From the IMG/VR virus record IMGVR_UViG_3300043432_000484, positions 1 through 64,000 of that record: 64,000 nucleotides of DNA; one strand, 5' to 3'. Positions 45,644 through 58,186 of the stretch are shown piece by piece; position 1 is the first letter of the stretch; each line of letters begins with the position of its first letter. The translations under genes were made by a program, and so were the position numbers. The notes beneath the pieces are model-generated. The model did not search any database. It was not told the origin of the DNA and saw only the letters and a list, made by a program, of their open reading frames with translations. This DNA is from a virus (Duplodnaviria; Caudoviricetes).

Positions 45644-47866
45644 TCAAACCACCTGGCTATCAACTTCCCCCACATGCGGAGACACGAGACTTCGAAACAC
45701 CGTGTTCCTCTGGATCACTTTATCGTTGGCTACCGCCTTGAGCACCGCGTCCACTTCCCCTAACAGCCAGACCTTCTTTCGTGCGCGGGTGACGGCGGTA
45801 TAGAACAGGTTGCGTTGAAGCATCCTTCCCTGAGCACGGACCAGAGGCAGAATCACAGTCTCGAATTCTTCACCCTGGCACCGATGAACCGTGACCGCAT
45901 AGGCCAACTTGAGCATGTGAGGGGCCTGATCCCGAGGGATCATGACCTCCGTGTCAGGGGAACTTCCGATCCCGTGGATACGCACCTGCAGACCCTCCCG
46001 TGTGATAGCCTGCAGCTTCCCGACGTCCCCATTGTAGACATTGAGTCTGTAGTTGTTCTTGATGACCATCAAGCGGTCTCCCACTCGCGCATGCAGGCTT
46101 AGCATGTCACAGCTGGGTTGCCCGACATCCGGATTCAGGGCGTCCCGAAGCAGGGTATTCAGGTTATCAACCCCAACGATCCCCTCATACTTAGGAGACA
46201 ACACCTGAAAGTTTGCGTCCCGGGCTTTCAGCTTGATCGCGATCTTGACGATCAGGTCAGCGATCACTGCTTCGTTCTTGATCTCCACGAATTTGAACTC
46301 TGTGTCCTCCGGCTTCTTGGGCAATCCAAGAGGGGTGGCACCGCGGCGGATCCTGTGGGCAGCCAAGACTATGTCACTAGTCTCAGCTTGCCTAAACACG
46401 TGTTCCAAACGAATGGTAGGGACGCTGTCACATCCGATCAGCTCCCGGAGCACATTGCCCGGACCCACTGATGGAAGCTGAGCGTCGTCCCCCACTAGAA
46501 CCAGCATCGTCTTAGGATCCAAAGCATCCAACAAGCGATAGAGCAGCTCTTGATCAACCATGGAAATCTCGTCCACGATCACCGCCTGGGTATCCAACTG
46601 ATCCGCGTGGTCGAAGCCCCATTGAAACCCATCATACTTCAGAGCCCGATGGATCGTCTGAGCATGAGTCTCGGTTACATGAGACAGGCGTTTGGCGGCA
46701 ATGCCCGTAGGGGCCATGAGCATGTGGGAGAGCCCCAACGTCCTAAACAAGTGAACAAACGTTCTGATCAAGGTGGTCTTGCCCGTTCCAGGGGCACCGG
46801 TCACTACCAAGACTCGGTTAGCAATCAGCTTGCAGACTGCCTCCCGTTGCAGATCCGACAGAGTGATACTCTGAGTCTTCTCGTAGTCGCTCAGGAACAA
46901 ATCCAAATCTATGATCAACTCGGAGGGGGTCAAAAACCGAGAGAGCATAGCAGCCCCCGAGCGCTCGTACTGATACATGTCCGGAACGTATACCCCGATT
47001 CCCGGGTCAATACGGACCGACTCCGTACGTTCCAACTCAGTCAAGGCTTCCTCTACGGAGGCACTGAGATCCGGAACATCAAAAGGGGCTACCGTGGCCC
47101 TCTTGGTCATCTCCTCCAACAAGAACGGCAGGTCGCCACGTCGGACAAACAAGTGGCCTTGCTGCCTAATCTGATCCCGGATCACAGAGATCACCCCAGC
47201 CGCTATCCGGCGAGGGTCCCCGGCGCCTATCCCTCGTAACATCGCGATCGAGTCGGCGCGCTCGAAGGACACGCCATCGATCTCCACAAGCCGGTAGGGG
47301 TTATTGGCCAGGATCTCTACAGCCTCAAAACCAAAGCGATTGAACACTGCAGCGATCAAGGAGGCACCCAGATTGTACTCCTGCAGGAAGTCAGAGAGGG
47401 CTGCCAACCCGAGCACCTGATTCCACTTCAGGACGGCATCCAGAAGGATGTCCCTCTCGGCGTCGTTATCGGCCACGTCCAATATCTGGTGGCCCCTGAG
47501 GACCTCGTAGGTGTCTAAGCCAAACCGATCCACTACTTTCTTGACAAGACTGCGCTCACTGAATACGTCAACGCACGACTCCAGGAACTGTTGGATCTCG
47601 CGAGTCCCTTTAGCCCATGGCTTCCAGCCTGTGACTTTGAACTGCCTACCGTACTTGGCGTGGTTTATCCATTCGCCCTCGATCTCTAGCGTGGCCCCAT
47701 AGGGCAGATAGTTGAGCCCAAAGAAGTGCCCAGTAGCTTTGGTGTCCCGCGGGGCGCTGAAGTACGATTGCTCCTCAATCTTGAAGGAGAGGATGTTGAA
47801 GGTGCCGCTAGTGTGCAGCACCCTCTCTACTTGGCCTCTAAGAAAACCCACTACATCACGCTCCAA
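45644..47866 (-). CDS. recD2: RecD2-like SF1B helicase
   Basis: KYGRQF, NPYRL, GAPGTGKT, VDEISM, GDDAQLPSVGPG, YAVTVHRCQG, YTAVTRA. Confidence 0.9.
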   Translation of the reverse strand: MERDVVGFLRGQVERVLHTSGTFNILSFKIEEQSYFSAPRDTKATGHFFGLNYLPYGATLEIEGEWINHAKYGRQFKVTGWKPWAKGTREIQQFLESCVDVFSERSLVKKVVDRFGLDTYEVLRGHQILDVADNDAERDILLDAVLKWNQVLGLAALSDFLQEYNLGASLIAAVFNRFGFEAVEILANNPYRLVEIDGVSFERADSIAMLRGIGAGDPRRIAAGVISVIRDQIRQQGHLFVRRGDLPFLLEEMTKRATVAPFDVPDLSASVEEALTELERTESVRIDPGIGVYVPDMYQYERSGAAMLSRFLTPSELIIDLDLFLSDYEKTQSITLSDLQREAVCKLIANRVLVVTGAPGTGKTTLIRTFVHLFRTLGLSHMLMAPTGIAAKRLSHVTETHAQTIHRALKYDGFQWGFDHADQLDTQAVIVDEISMVDQELLYRLLDALDPKTMLVLVGDDAQLPSVGPGNVLRELIGCDSVPTIRLEHVFRQAETSDIVLAAHRIRRGATPLGLPKKPEDTEFKFVEIKNEAVIADLIVKIAIKLKARDANFQVLSPKYEGIVGVDNLNTLLRDALNPDVGQPSCDMLSLHARVGDRLMVIKNNYRLNVYNGDVGKLQAITREGLQVRIHGIGSSPDTEVMIPRDQAPHMLKLAYAVTVHRCQGEEFETVILPLVRAQGRMLQRNLFYTAVTRARKKVWLLGEVDAVLKAVANDKVIQRNTVFRSLVSPHVGEVDSQVV

Positions 47867-49778
47867 TCAACTGCAGAAGCTCGGCTTCGGATATGCACTT
47901 GGTGCCATTCTTGCGAGCTGCTACGGCCTTGGAACTCGTTGATTTTGGATCAGCGATCACCAGGTACGTCAACTTCTTACCGACAGAGCTTTTGACCTCT
48001 CCGCCCGCTGCCTTCACCATCTGCTCCAAGTCGGCTCTCGGACGAGATGAGGACCCGGTGAAACAGACGCTTGAGCCAGATAGGTTGCCGTGCTGCTTGC
48101 CCTCGATCTCTACACCCGCGGCAAGCAGATCATCCACGATGCCACTGCTTTTTTGGAGCCAGACCCAGATTGTCCGAGCCTTCACCGGACCCAACCCTTC
48201 CACGGCGGATAGCTGCTCGATGTTGGCAGCCTTCAGCTTGGGCAAGGTATCGTACCCAGCATCCATGGCCAACTTGATGCTGCTCTGCCCGCAGAGCGGG
48301 ATGGATAGGGCGCCCAGCAAGGTGTCCAGAGGGATTCGGTTTCTCTCCCAAAGAGTCTTGATCACTTTGGCAGCCGACCTTTGTCCCATGCGATCCACGT
48401 CGGCCAGCTGAACCTCAGTGAGCCGGTACAGAGCAACAACATCAGTGGCGAGCCCGGACGCCACCAGTTTCTCGATCAAGACCTCCCCCCACTCCTTGAC
48501 GTTCAGAACACTGAGGTACCGCTTGATGCGCCCTACCGCTTGGGCCGGGCATTCAGCGGAGTTGACACAGATCAGGTATTCCCCATCCATCTGGACATCG
48601 CCACCGCAGCAAGGGCATTGATTAGGAGGCGGCGCTATGGTTCCCGTGCCCTTACGCACTGCGGCTACCCTGGGAATCACGTCTTGAGCCCGAGCGATTA
48701 CGATCGTCGCCCCGACGTCTAGACCAAGCCCGTTGATGTACGCAATGTTGTACAGACTAGCATTGGTGATCTCGGCCCCGATCAATCGCACTGGATCGAA
48801 GATTGCCACGGGAGTTATCCGCCCGGTGGCCCCCACCTGCCATTCGATCTTGCGCAGTACCGACTCCCGGGTCATGGCAGCGAACTTGAAAGCCACCGCC
48901 CCCTTGGGGCAGTTGTCTACCTCACCCAAGGCCATCTGGGATGCCATGTCGTTGAGGCGGACCACCAGCCCATCGATCTCGTAATCCAACTGCCCGCGCT
49001 TGGATTGCTGATACTCGACCCAGATATCATGGGGAGTTTTGATCCCGGGAGTCATGGCTGTCACGTACCAATTGGGTACCTTCAAGCCCTGAGATTCCAG
49101 CCACTCAAACTGCAGACCTTCTGTTTCGAAATCCTGCCCATCGGCGACCTGGTAGAACATGACGGTGAGGTACTCGCACCCCTGACCGTCATAACGCTTG
49201 GCGATCCCGCTCGCAGCATTCCGCGTGTTAGCGTACTGCGGAAAGTGCTTGGCGTAGTCCGCTTTGGTGAGGATGATCTCACCCCTTAGGGTGCCGGTGA
49301 ATGCCTTCGGGAGCTTGCCCGGCACTCCCTGCATGCGCGCCACGTTGACTGAAATGTCCTCACCGGTGACCCCGTCCCCGCGAGTCACCGCCCTTGAAAA
49401 AGCACCCTTGACGTAATCGACCGCAATGGAGATCCCGTCCAGTTTCTCGGTCACCAGCAGGGCTGCGAACTTGGACTCCCCAGTCCCCATCACCCAAGTG
49501 GTCAGTTCCTCCAGGGTGTTGATCTTGTTCAACGAGCCCATGGGGATGGTGTGCTGGGCCTTGATCCATTCTGAGACCGCCGGAGCCCCCACTGCCTTGA
49601 CCTCCGGGCTGTCGTTCTTCAGCTCGGAAAGCTCGTCCATCCACGCGTCGTAGATCTCATCCGAGACATCAGGCGTGCCGTTGTAGTAGTTGTGGCGGGC
49701 TTGGTGGATCAAGCTTTCGAGTTCGATGACCCGGTCAGACGTGTCCTCGCCAAGGGAGTCGAAAATGTCAGGGGGCAT
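47856..49778 (-). CDS. ligA: NAD+-dependent DNA ligase
   Basis: EKLDG, TRGDG, RNAASG, DGLV, AFKF, Zn finger, HhH, BRCT (VCFTG); start ATG 49778, 9 nt after GGTGTA. Confidence 0.95.
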   Translation of the reverse strand: MPPDIFDSLGEDTSDRVIELESLIHQARHNYYNGTPDVSDEIYDAWMDELSELKNDSPEVKAVGAPAVSEWIKAQHTIPMGSLNKINTLEELTTWVMGTGESKFAALLVTEKLDGISIAVDYVKGAFSRAVTRGDGVTGEDISVNVARMQGVPGKLPKAFTGTLRGEIILTKADYAKHFPQYANTRNAASGIAKRYDGQGCEYLTVMFYQVADGQDFETEGLQFEWLESQGLKVPNWYVTAMTPGIKTPHDIWVEYQQSKRGQLDYEIDGLVVRLNDMASQMALGEVDNCPKGAVAFKFAAMTRESVLRKIEWQVGATGRITPVAIFDPVRLIGAEITNASLYNIAYINGLGLDVGATIVIARAQDVIPRVAAVRKGTGTIAPPPNQCPCCGGDVQMDGEYLICVNSAECPAQAVGRIKRYLSVLNVKEWGEVLIEKLVASGLATDVVALYRLTEVQLADVDRMGQRSAAKVIKTLWERNRIPLDTLLGALSIPLCGQSSIKLAMDAGYDTLPKLKAANIEQLSAVEGLGPVKARTIWVWLQKSSGIVDDLLAAGVEIEGKQHGNLSGSSVCFTGSSSRPRADLEQMVKAAGGEVKSSVGKKLTYLVIADPKSTSSKAVAARKNGTKCISEAELLQLIGA

Positions 49779-49787
49779 CCCTTGTTC

Positions 49788-49793
49788 TACACC
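49788..49793 (-). promoter_or_regulatory. GGTGTA promoter-like element (representative copy)
   Basis: 9-10 nt before ATG at 5217, 29222, 44527, 49778 and 58453. Confidence 0.6.
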
Positions 49794-49938
49794 AATGGAT
49801 GCCCCCTGGACAACATCACTTTCCGCTCTTTTTCTTTTCCCTTTTGGCCTTGCTGGCTGCCCTGCGTAGCTTGAAAAGGGGAATGCCAAAGTGCACCGCG
49901 AATCTGAAAATTTCCAAAATGAATCGCATGGTTGGCCC

Positions 49939-50157
49939 CTAAACCTTGATGTCCCCCGCCTCCACCATGCGAGCTAACTCGGCGATGGCCTCCAAAGGCG
50001 TGGCGATCAGCCTTATTTCCTTACCTTTGTGCTTCTCCAGTTGTTCCTGGATGTCCAAGAATAGGTTGGAGCCGTCCTCTTGCTGGATCCGAAGGACCAT
50101 GCGGCCCGTCATCGGATCCAGCTCCACTACACCCTCTACCATCAACCCTAAGTCCAT
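49939..50157 (-). CDS. Hypothetical protein
   Basis: Likely start ATG 50157 (MDLGLMVEG). Confidence 0.6.
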   Translation of the reverse strand: MDLGLMVEGVVELDPMTGRMVLRIQQEDGSNLFLDIQEQLEKHKGKEIRLIATPLEAIAELARMVEAGDIKV

Positions 50158-50164
50158 GTTGGCC

Positions 50165-52468
50165 TCAAACGATCGAGCAGAAGCCACCCGCGCAAGCGGC
50201 TTCCCCGGTCAAATCGGTAACGTCTTCTTTCTCTACCAGGGCCGAGTAATCGACGGGCTTGTACGACCGTAGGATGTCGCCCCAGCGCTGCTCATCCGCT
50301 TCCGTGGTGATGGCCTCATTGGGAGCAAACGCGAAGTCCTTGTCCCCGCTACTGGACAATAGGGCTACGCCGGTGAACAGCTCGCGGTTGGCCCAAATGT
50401 AGGACGCAACGTCGTCCCATTCCTCAGGGCGCACTGTCACGGTGTTCGAAACGTTGTGGTTCAAGCCCGGGGAATCAGTGACTTCAGCGGTACCAGGAAG
50501 CACCCAGTTTTGCTGCGTAGACTTGACCAGCTCCAAGAACTGAATCGCTTGGATGTCGTCCTTGACAACGGCTTTAGCCGCGGCCTCTACAGGGAACTCG
50601 ATGACCCATTTCCCGTCAGGCTTACGAAGACACATATGCGGGTTGATGGCTTTGAATGCTTGGAAGATCGGCTCTAGTTCGTCAGCGGTCACACGTCTGA
50701 TATACCGTCTGGCATGGTGAGCATGGATCCCCGACCCAACACAACCAAGCTCCAAAGAGGTTGTGCCGGACGGCTTGACACAGGTTGTCCTGGAGGCGGT
50801 TCGGATACCAATGATGGCCGCGAACTCCGCGTTCCATTCCTTGATCTTGAGGGCAATCGTACGCTGGTACTCAGGGTTGCACGCAATGTCTGGGGCGTCC
50901 AGCATGCCTGTCATTCCGATCCCCAGCAGGGCTTCCTTTTTGGCCAACTCTTCGGATATCCACCCCAGGTAAGGCATCTTCGTGTAGGCCGCCTGCAACG
51001 TACCAATCAGGGTAGCGGCGCGGGCAACGGTCTCGAAATCCTCGAAAGACGTAAGCTTGGCGGCATTGATCTCGCACAGGTTACAGAATGCCCAGCCGGT
51101 ATAAGTGTCACCGACTCCAACTGAAACCCCTTGGGTAGCCAGTGTGGCCTTCAGAGTCTCGTCGATGGTCAGCTTAGGGTTCAAGCCAATCTCGGCACAA
51201 GGATTGGTCCCGTAGTCATAGTCAGCGGTAAAGTAGAACCCAGGCTCGCCCCACTGGCGAGTCATCTGGAAGATGCGCTTGAAGTTCTTCTTCTTCACCT
51301 CATCCCGCTTGAGCACCACTGAGTTGTTGGCGTTAGCGAACCACGGATCGTTCTCATACCACGTGCCGGTCTTGGCGTAGAGCATCTCACTGTCCTCGAA
51401 GGAGAACAGGCAGATCATGGCGGATCGCCGGATGCCTCCGGACAATACCGCATCCGCGGCATGGCACAGAATGCGGTGGCACTCAATGGGACGCAGCCTA
51501 CGCCCCTGTGCAGAGAACAGAACCGAACGGATCTTCTCCAAGGACTCTTTGAGCTTCAGATGTCCGGGAGCCCGACCTCCAGAGGTTTTGAGGGGCGCAC
51601 CTGCAGGGCGGATCTTGTGGTAGCTGAACTCGATGTTGTTACCGTCCTGGTAACTCTGCATCAGAGCTTTCAAGGCGTCAGCCCAGCCCTCGATCGTGTC
51701 CTGCACCACGTGGTGTTTGACCTGCTTGTGATTGATGTAACCAATCACGGGCATCTTCTCAACGTGGTCAAATTGAACGGAGTACCCAACCCCGCACCCT
51801 GACAGCAAGAGGTAGAGGGCTTCTGAGAAAGCGTCGAAGCGGTCAATGAGTGTGAAGGAGCAGTTGTAGATGCGATTGTTGTTGGCAAGGATAGCCTCAC
51901 CTCCGAACTGCATGGAACGCATAGAGGGCAGGAGTCGCTTATCCTGTACCAGTCTAAATGCGGCCTTGATCTCCTCCTCCAAGACAGGGAATTGCTTCAA
52001 GTGCATTCCCTCCACGCGAGCCACCGTTTCTGAGTAGACCTCGCGACGATTCAGCTCCGGAAGATACCGGGCATACTTGCTCGCATGGATGTAATCGGAC
52101 AACCCCGTTGGGTCTACGGCCTTACCCCGCATCTGGCGCAGATCCTGACGGCGCCTGCGATACAAGATGTAAGCCTTGGCAACCTTAAACTGGCCATGAT
52201 GCATGAGAGCAAGCTCTACAGCATCCTGAAGCACCTCGACGTCCACCACATCCCCACGGAGGGCGTGCAACACCGTATCCACTACTTCCGTGATCACTGC
52301 CTCATCCACGTCCCCAGCACTCTGTACCCAGGCAGCGTGGATCGCATTACGTAGCTTCATAGGGTCAAAAGCTTGTAGCGTTACCCCGTCCCTCTTGCGT
52401 GTGAATTTGGCAGCCGGGTGGCTGGACCCGTTGGTGTGCTGCGCGTGCGTGTGAGCTTGCTGTGACAT
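50165..52468 (-). CDS. nrdJ: Class II (adenosylcobalamin) ribonucleotide reductase with ATP cone
   Basis: KRDG ATP cone, PSMRSMQFGG, YNC, GGIRRSA, GTNPCAEI, TCVKPSGT, C-terminal CAGGFC. Confidence 0.9.
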   Translation of the reverse strand: MSQQAHTHAQHTNGSSHPAAKFTRKRDGVTLQAFDPMKLRNAIHAAWVQSAGDVDEAVITEVVDTVLHALRGDVVDVEVLQDAVELALMHHGQFKVAKAYILYRRRRQDLRQMRGKAVDPTGLSDYIHASKYARYLPELNRREVYSETVARVEGMHLKQFPVLEEEIKAAFRLVQDKRLLPSMRSMQFGGEAILANNNRIYNCSFTLIDRFDAFSEALYLLLSGCGVGYSVQFDHVEKMPVIGYINHKQVKHHVVQDTIEGWADALKALMQSYQDGNNIEFSYHKIRPAGAPLKTSGGRAPGHLKLKESLEKIRSVLFSAQGRRLRPIECHRILCHAADAVLSGGIRRSAMICLFSFEDSEMLYAKTGTWYENDPWFANANNSVVLKRDEVKKKNFKRIFQMTRQWGEPGFYFTADYDYGTNPCAEIGLNPKLTIDETLKATLATQGVSVGVGDTYTGWAFCNLCEINAAKLTSFEDFETVARAATLIGTLQAAYTKMPYLGWISEELAKKEALLGIGMTGMLDAPDIACNPEYQRTIALKIKEWNAEFAAIIGIRTASRTTCVKPSGTTSLELGCVGSGIHAHHARRYIRRVTADELEPIFQAFKAINPHMCLRKPDGKWVIEFPVEAAAKAVVKDDIQAIQFLELVKSTQQNWVLPGTAEVTDSPGLNHNVSNTVTVRPEEWDDVASYIWANRELFTGVALLSSSGDKDFAFAPNEAITTEADEQRWGDILRSYKPVDYSALVEKEDVTDLTGEAACAGGFCSIV

Positions 52469-52480
52469 TGTTAAGAACCC

Positions 52481-53446
52481 CTATTGAGCTATGGACAGAA
52501 TGGTCAGCTCGACCATTGTCCTCTTGGAGAGTGAGCCAGTTTTTACATATGCGTCTAGTTTACATAGCTGTCTCATGTGGCCCACTAGCGACTTGACGTC
52601 ATGCTTGCGTGCAACCTGTCCAGACAACGACTTCTTGTAGTGCCACGGGTTCATGTCGATCAACGATGGGATGTCATCATCGCTGGTTCCCTTGTCCTGC
52701 AGCGTTCGAATCACGAGAGTTCGCTCGACCTGCTTCATCAGAGCGTTTAACACCGGAACACAGGCCTTTTGCTCCCCAACGTTGCCATATAGGATCGAGA
52801 ACAGGTTGATCGCCTTGGTCGCGTTCTTCCTGATCGCTTCTTCAGCAATCATCGAAGGCTCAGCTTGCGGCGTGCGGGTGGTCACCAACAGCACGTGCTC
52901 TTTGGTGATCGAGTGCGCCCGTCCAACGTAGATGGCCAGCTTACGCACTTCATTGGCTAGACGATACAAGTCTGGACCAACGAACTCTGCAAGCAGGGTG
53001 GCCACCTCCTTCGAGATATTCACGTGATTGAGAGCTGCCTCCGACACCACGAAATCAATGTAAGTGTCGGTTGCCCACGGCTTAGGCTTCTTGTGCTCGA
53101 ACGTGGTCCCCTTGTTATCCGGGAGCTGCCATACCGCTGGAAGCTTGGTGCCCCGCACAATGGCAAGTAGGATCAGGGATTGATCACGATTGTCTCTTGC
53201 GGCTATGAATGCCTTCAGGTCGTCAGCCCCCTTCAACTCCTGAGCGTTGTCCAAGATGATGGTACGCGGAGCCTCTTCGTAGGCTTCACAATGCGCGACT
53301 AGAGCGACGTCTGTAAGGCCCTCCCCATCCAAGCGAACAATCTTACGCTTACCCTGGCACGCCTTCTCGATCACGCGATCGAGGTGGAAGTCCTCAGCTC
53401 CATACGCAACTTTGAACGGCTTAAATGTCGATTCCTTCGGGGCCAT
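52481..53446 (-). CDS. holA: DNA polymerase III delta subunit
   Basis: YGAEDF, VGPDLYRLANEVRKL..Y, LCKLD..VKTG. Confidence 0.75.
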   Translation of the reverse strand: MAPKESTFKPFKVAYGAEDFHLDRVIEKACQGKRKIVRLDGEGLTDVALVAHCEAYEEAPRTIILDNAQELKGADDLKAFIAARDNRDQSLILLAIVRGTKLPAVWQLPDNKGTTFEHKKPKPWATDTYIDFVVSEAALNHVNISKEVATLLAEFVGPDLYRLANEVRKLAIYVGRAHSITKEHVLLVTTRTPQAEPSMIAEEAIRKNATKAINLFSILYGNVGEQKACVPVLNALMKQVERTLVIRTLQDKGTSDDDIPSLIDMNPWHYKKSLSGQVARKHDVKSLVGHMRQLCKLDAYVKTGSLSKRTMVELTILSIAQ

Positions 53447-53458
53447 AGCTCTCTTGGT

Positions 53459-54409
53459 TCAGATGAAGGTTTCGGCAAGGATGGTTTTGGTCTGGAACCC
53501 TAGATTCAGGGTGGTGGCACGCGCTTGTACGCGTAGAGCATCTAGTCTCCTAGAGAGGGAAATCCATGTTCTGATGGGTGCGCGATTGCTCAGTAGAGCA
53601 AGGTCCTTGCTCAGATCCACGTTGATGACCCTCATGGGATCAAGCTGCACGATAAGTACATCGTGCAGCAGTTGAGTGAGGAACGTCAGCCCCAACTTCA
53701 GTTCCTTCTCCATCGCGTTGATTGAAGTGAATGCGCCTAGCAAGTCCTTCTCCAAGGCCATCTGGAGGATCCTGAACGATTGATCTCGGGTAGAGAGTTT
53801 GCCGTACTTGCAGTAGTGCAAAGCCCTCCCCGCAGATCCCTCACCCATTCGTGAATAGACAAGAGCTTTATCCTCGTCCCGCTCGTGCTTCGAGACGACC
53901 GACTTCACGAACTCCTCAGGCAAGAGGTGGTAGCGAACCACGCCGCAGCGCGATTTGATCGTGGGCAGTACTTTTCCCTGATCCTCCGCCAACAAAAAGA
54001 AGCGCGTGCTAGCCGGGGGCTCCTCCAGCGTCTTCAGGAAGGCGTTGGCAGCCGGCAATGTGAAATGATCTACACCATCAATCACCACGCATCGGATGTC
54101 TGCCGCCGAAGGAAACTGCCGAGCCTCTTCTATGACCTCTCGGACTGCATCGATCCCAATTTCCTTCTGGGATGCATCTACAAGCATCACGTCCGGGTGA
54201 CGCCCGTTTCTGATCTGGTAGCATGACGCGCAGGCACATGTGACATCCTTGGTGCCTACGCAAAACTTCTCACGCATCGCACAGAGTACTGAAAACTTTC
54301 GACCTGTGCCTTCAGGACCCAGCAAAAGGAGCGGAGATACCTGGGAGCCCTCAACTACCTTCCTGAGCAGTGCGGTCCCCTCCGCTTGGTGCTGAACCTC
54401 CTTGAGCAT
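53459..54409 (-). CDS. holB: DNA polymerase III delta' subunit
   Basis: GPEGTG, CACASC, HPD, IGIDAVR, AANAFLKTLEEP, LPTIKSRC. Confidence 0.9.
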   Translation of the reverse strand: MLKEVQHQAEGTALLRKVVEGSQVSPLLLLGPEGTGRKFSVLCAMREKFCVGTKDVTCACASCYQIRNGRHPDVMLVDASQKEIGIDAVREVIEEARQFPSAADIRCVVIDGVDHFTLPAANAFLKTLEEPPASTRFFLLAEDQGKVLPTIKSRCGVVRYHLLPEEFVKSVVSKHERDEDKALVYSRMGEGSAGRALHYCKYGKLSTRDQSFRILQMALEKDLLGAFTSINAMEKELKLGLTFLTQLLHDVLIVQLDPMRVINVDLSKDLALLSNRAPIRTWISLSRRLDALRVQARATTLNLGFQTKTILAETFI

Positions 54410-54575
54410 CCGATTCCAGTAACCCTTCCGCCCTGGTGATTGAGGGCACGGCTACCAACTGCAATACAGCCAAGAAGTTTTGGCCGCACTCTTTGCAGAT
54501 GTGCCGATGGACCTCTACACCACTGGGTAAGAGCTGCCCTCGACATTGCAAGCAACGGATGAAATCGTGGCTCAC
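54351..54575 (-). CDS. Small zinc-ribbon protein
   Basis: CLQC...CKEC; GTG start overlapping the upstream TGA. Confidence 0.5.
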   Translation of the reverse strand: MSHDFIRCLQCRGQLLPSGVEVHRHICKECGQNFLAVLQLVAVPSITRAEGLLESDAQGGSAPSGGDRTAQEGS

Positions 54576-54784
54576 AGCTCGAATGCACCGCCCAAGGACA
54601 CTCCGTGCGTGCGCTTGCATACGCAGCACTGGTAAAGGCGATGCCCAGGGCTCATCCCTTCCAACTTGAGTTCAATAGCCAAGATCGAACTGCACGTTGG
54701 GTTCTTGCACCGGATGTGGACTTTGGGAGGCTCTTCCGTCTTCGGGGTAAGGCCTGGGGCTGTTCCTGCGGGATCAATTGGCAT
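54572..54784 (-). CDS. Small zinc-ribbon protein
   Basis: CKNPTC...CCVC; start ATG 54784. Confidence 0.6.
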   Translation of the reverse strand: MPIDPAGTAPGLTPKTEEPPKVHIRCKNPTCSSILAIELKLEGMSPGHRLYQCCVCKRTHGVSLGGAFEL

Positions 54785-54785
54785 G

Positions 54786-55370
54786 TCACACCTGAGAGGT
54801 TGGATAGTCGGTCGGAAACAGCTGCTGCAGAATTCTGACCAGACGGTTATAAGGCTCGAAGCTATCATACCCATCGATGCGTTGCTCTGGAGGCGACACC
54901 GGCACCGGAGGGGTGTTGGGGAACGTGCCCATGGAGTAGGCAGTGGGCTGTTCCGAAGTCAGATTAGTGAGAGGCAGCAGTCTCTGAATTCTGCTGTACT
55001 CATCAAAGGGAAAGCGGTCAAGAAATGACCGTAGACCACGTCCCGGATTTTGAGGAGGCGGCTGCATCAACCGTTGAGGTTGTGGGGAGGGCACCAAGGC
55101 GGGAGGATTGGCGGGAGGGATCACAGGAGTGAAGTCCCCGGACCCGTAGCGAAGGAAGGGGAAGATTTTCCTCCAGTCATCCCCTCGAACCACCACCGAA
55201 TAGAATCCAGCCCTCACGAACTCAACATAGGGAGTATCGTGAGACATCCCTGACAGGACTCTCGCTCGCCCCGACAGGGAATCTACGATCGCCTGCGCAA
55301 CTCTAGGCGCATCTGAATAGAGCAGGTTGGCCAGTCTTTGACCACCCACCTGCTGTAATCTGGAGTCCAT
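54786..55370 (-). CDS. Hypothetical Pro-rich protein
   Basis: 194-aa ORF. Confidence 0.6.
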   Translation of the reverse strand: MDSRLQQVGGQRLANLLYSDAPRVAQAIVDSLSGRARVLSGMSHDTPYVEFVRAGFYSVVVRGDDWRKIFPFLRYGSGDFTPVIPPANPPALVPSPQPQRLMQPPPQNPGRGLRSFLDRFPFDEYSRIQRLLPLTNLTSEQPTAYSMGTFPNTPPVPVSPPEQRIDGYDSFEPYNRLVRILQQLFPTDYPTSQV

Positions 55371-55394
55371 TACCAGAGACGTTAAACAAAGGCC

Positions 55395-57402
<2,008 letters not shown>

Positions 57403-57403
<1 letters not shown>

Positions 57404-57603
57404 TACTTGTCTCCTTTGCTGGAGCTACCATAGCCATCCGAGTACCATCCGCCGCCCTTGAGGATGAAGTTACCACTGACGATCTGCCTCTTGGCCTTTG
57501 GGGCTCCGCACTTCACACAGACCTTCAGGGGCTCAGCACTGATGCGCTGCTCGACTTCAAATGACGCCCCACAAGCGTCACAGGCATAGCTATAAGTTGG
57601 CAT
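57403..57603 (-). CDS. FmdB-family zinc ribbon regulatory protein
   Basis: MPTYSYACDACG...FE...CVKCG...FILKGGGWY; start ATG 57603 after GAGGTG. Confidence 0.85.
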
Positions 57604-58183
57604 ATGACTCACCTCTGGAAACGGATCTTTCGTAGATCTCCCACAGCTCATCCTCAGAGAAAACGTTTGCCGAGAAAGGGCACACGGCCGGACTACCCTT
57701 GCGGCGAGCCACTCTAGCAAACTCTTTGGAAGGCTTGTCTCGTGTCAGCAGGGTGATCGTACCCTCGTCTGCCGTCACCCGATGGAAGGAGTCCCGATCC
57801 ATCTCGTAACAACCCTCATAGGTTGGTCCGGGCAGCACTGCGTGTTTTGCAATCCGCTGTAGCCGGCATGTGGACAAAAACTCTGGCTCCCCAGCCTCGC
57901 CGGGCTTGCAAGTCACTTGTGTCAGCTCGAACTCCCCGTTGGGATCAGGCACTACGGCCCACAACTCATTGATGAGCCGCCCCTGAATTACTGTCGATAG
58001 GAAGCCGTATCGATGATCGTGCACATCCTCGGGCTCTTGGGTCTGCCTCACCTGTTCTGTGTAGAGGTGCAGCCGCGGACCGAAACTCAACTTGATCTGA
58101 ATGAACCCAAGCCCAAACGCGTGGATGCTCAAGCAGTACTTGCGCAAAAAATCGACGTCTTTCCAGGTAACGTAATGATCCAC
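57590..58183 (-). CDS. Cupin-like hypothetical protein
   Basis: GFIQ, RLHLY, VHDHRYGFLS, FHRV. Confidence 0.55.
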   Translation of the reverse strand: MDHYVTWKDVDFLRKYCLSIHAFGLGFIQIKLSFGPRLHLYTEQVRQTQEPEDVHDHRYGFLSTVIQGRLINELWAVVPDPNGEFELTQVTCKPGEAGEPEFLSTCRLQRIAKHAVLPGPTYEGCYEMDRDSFHRVTADEGTITLLTRDKPSKEFARVARRKGSPAVCPFSANVFSEDELWEIYERSVSRGESYANL

Positions 58184-58186
58184 GAT

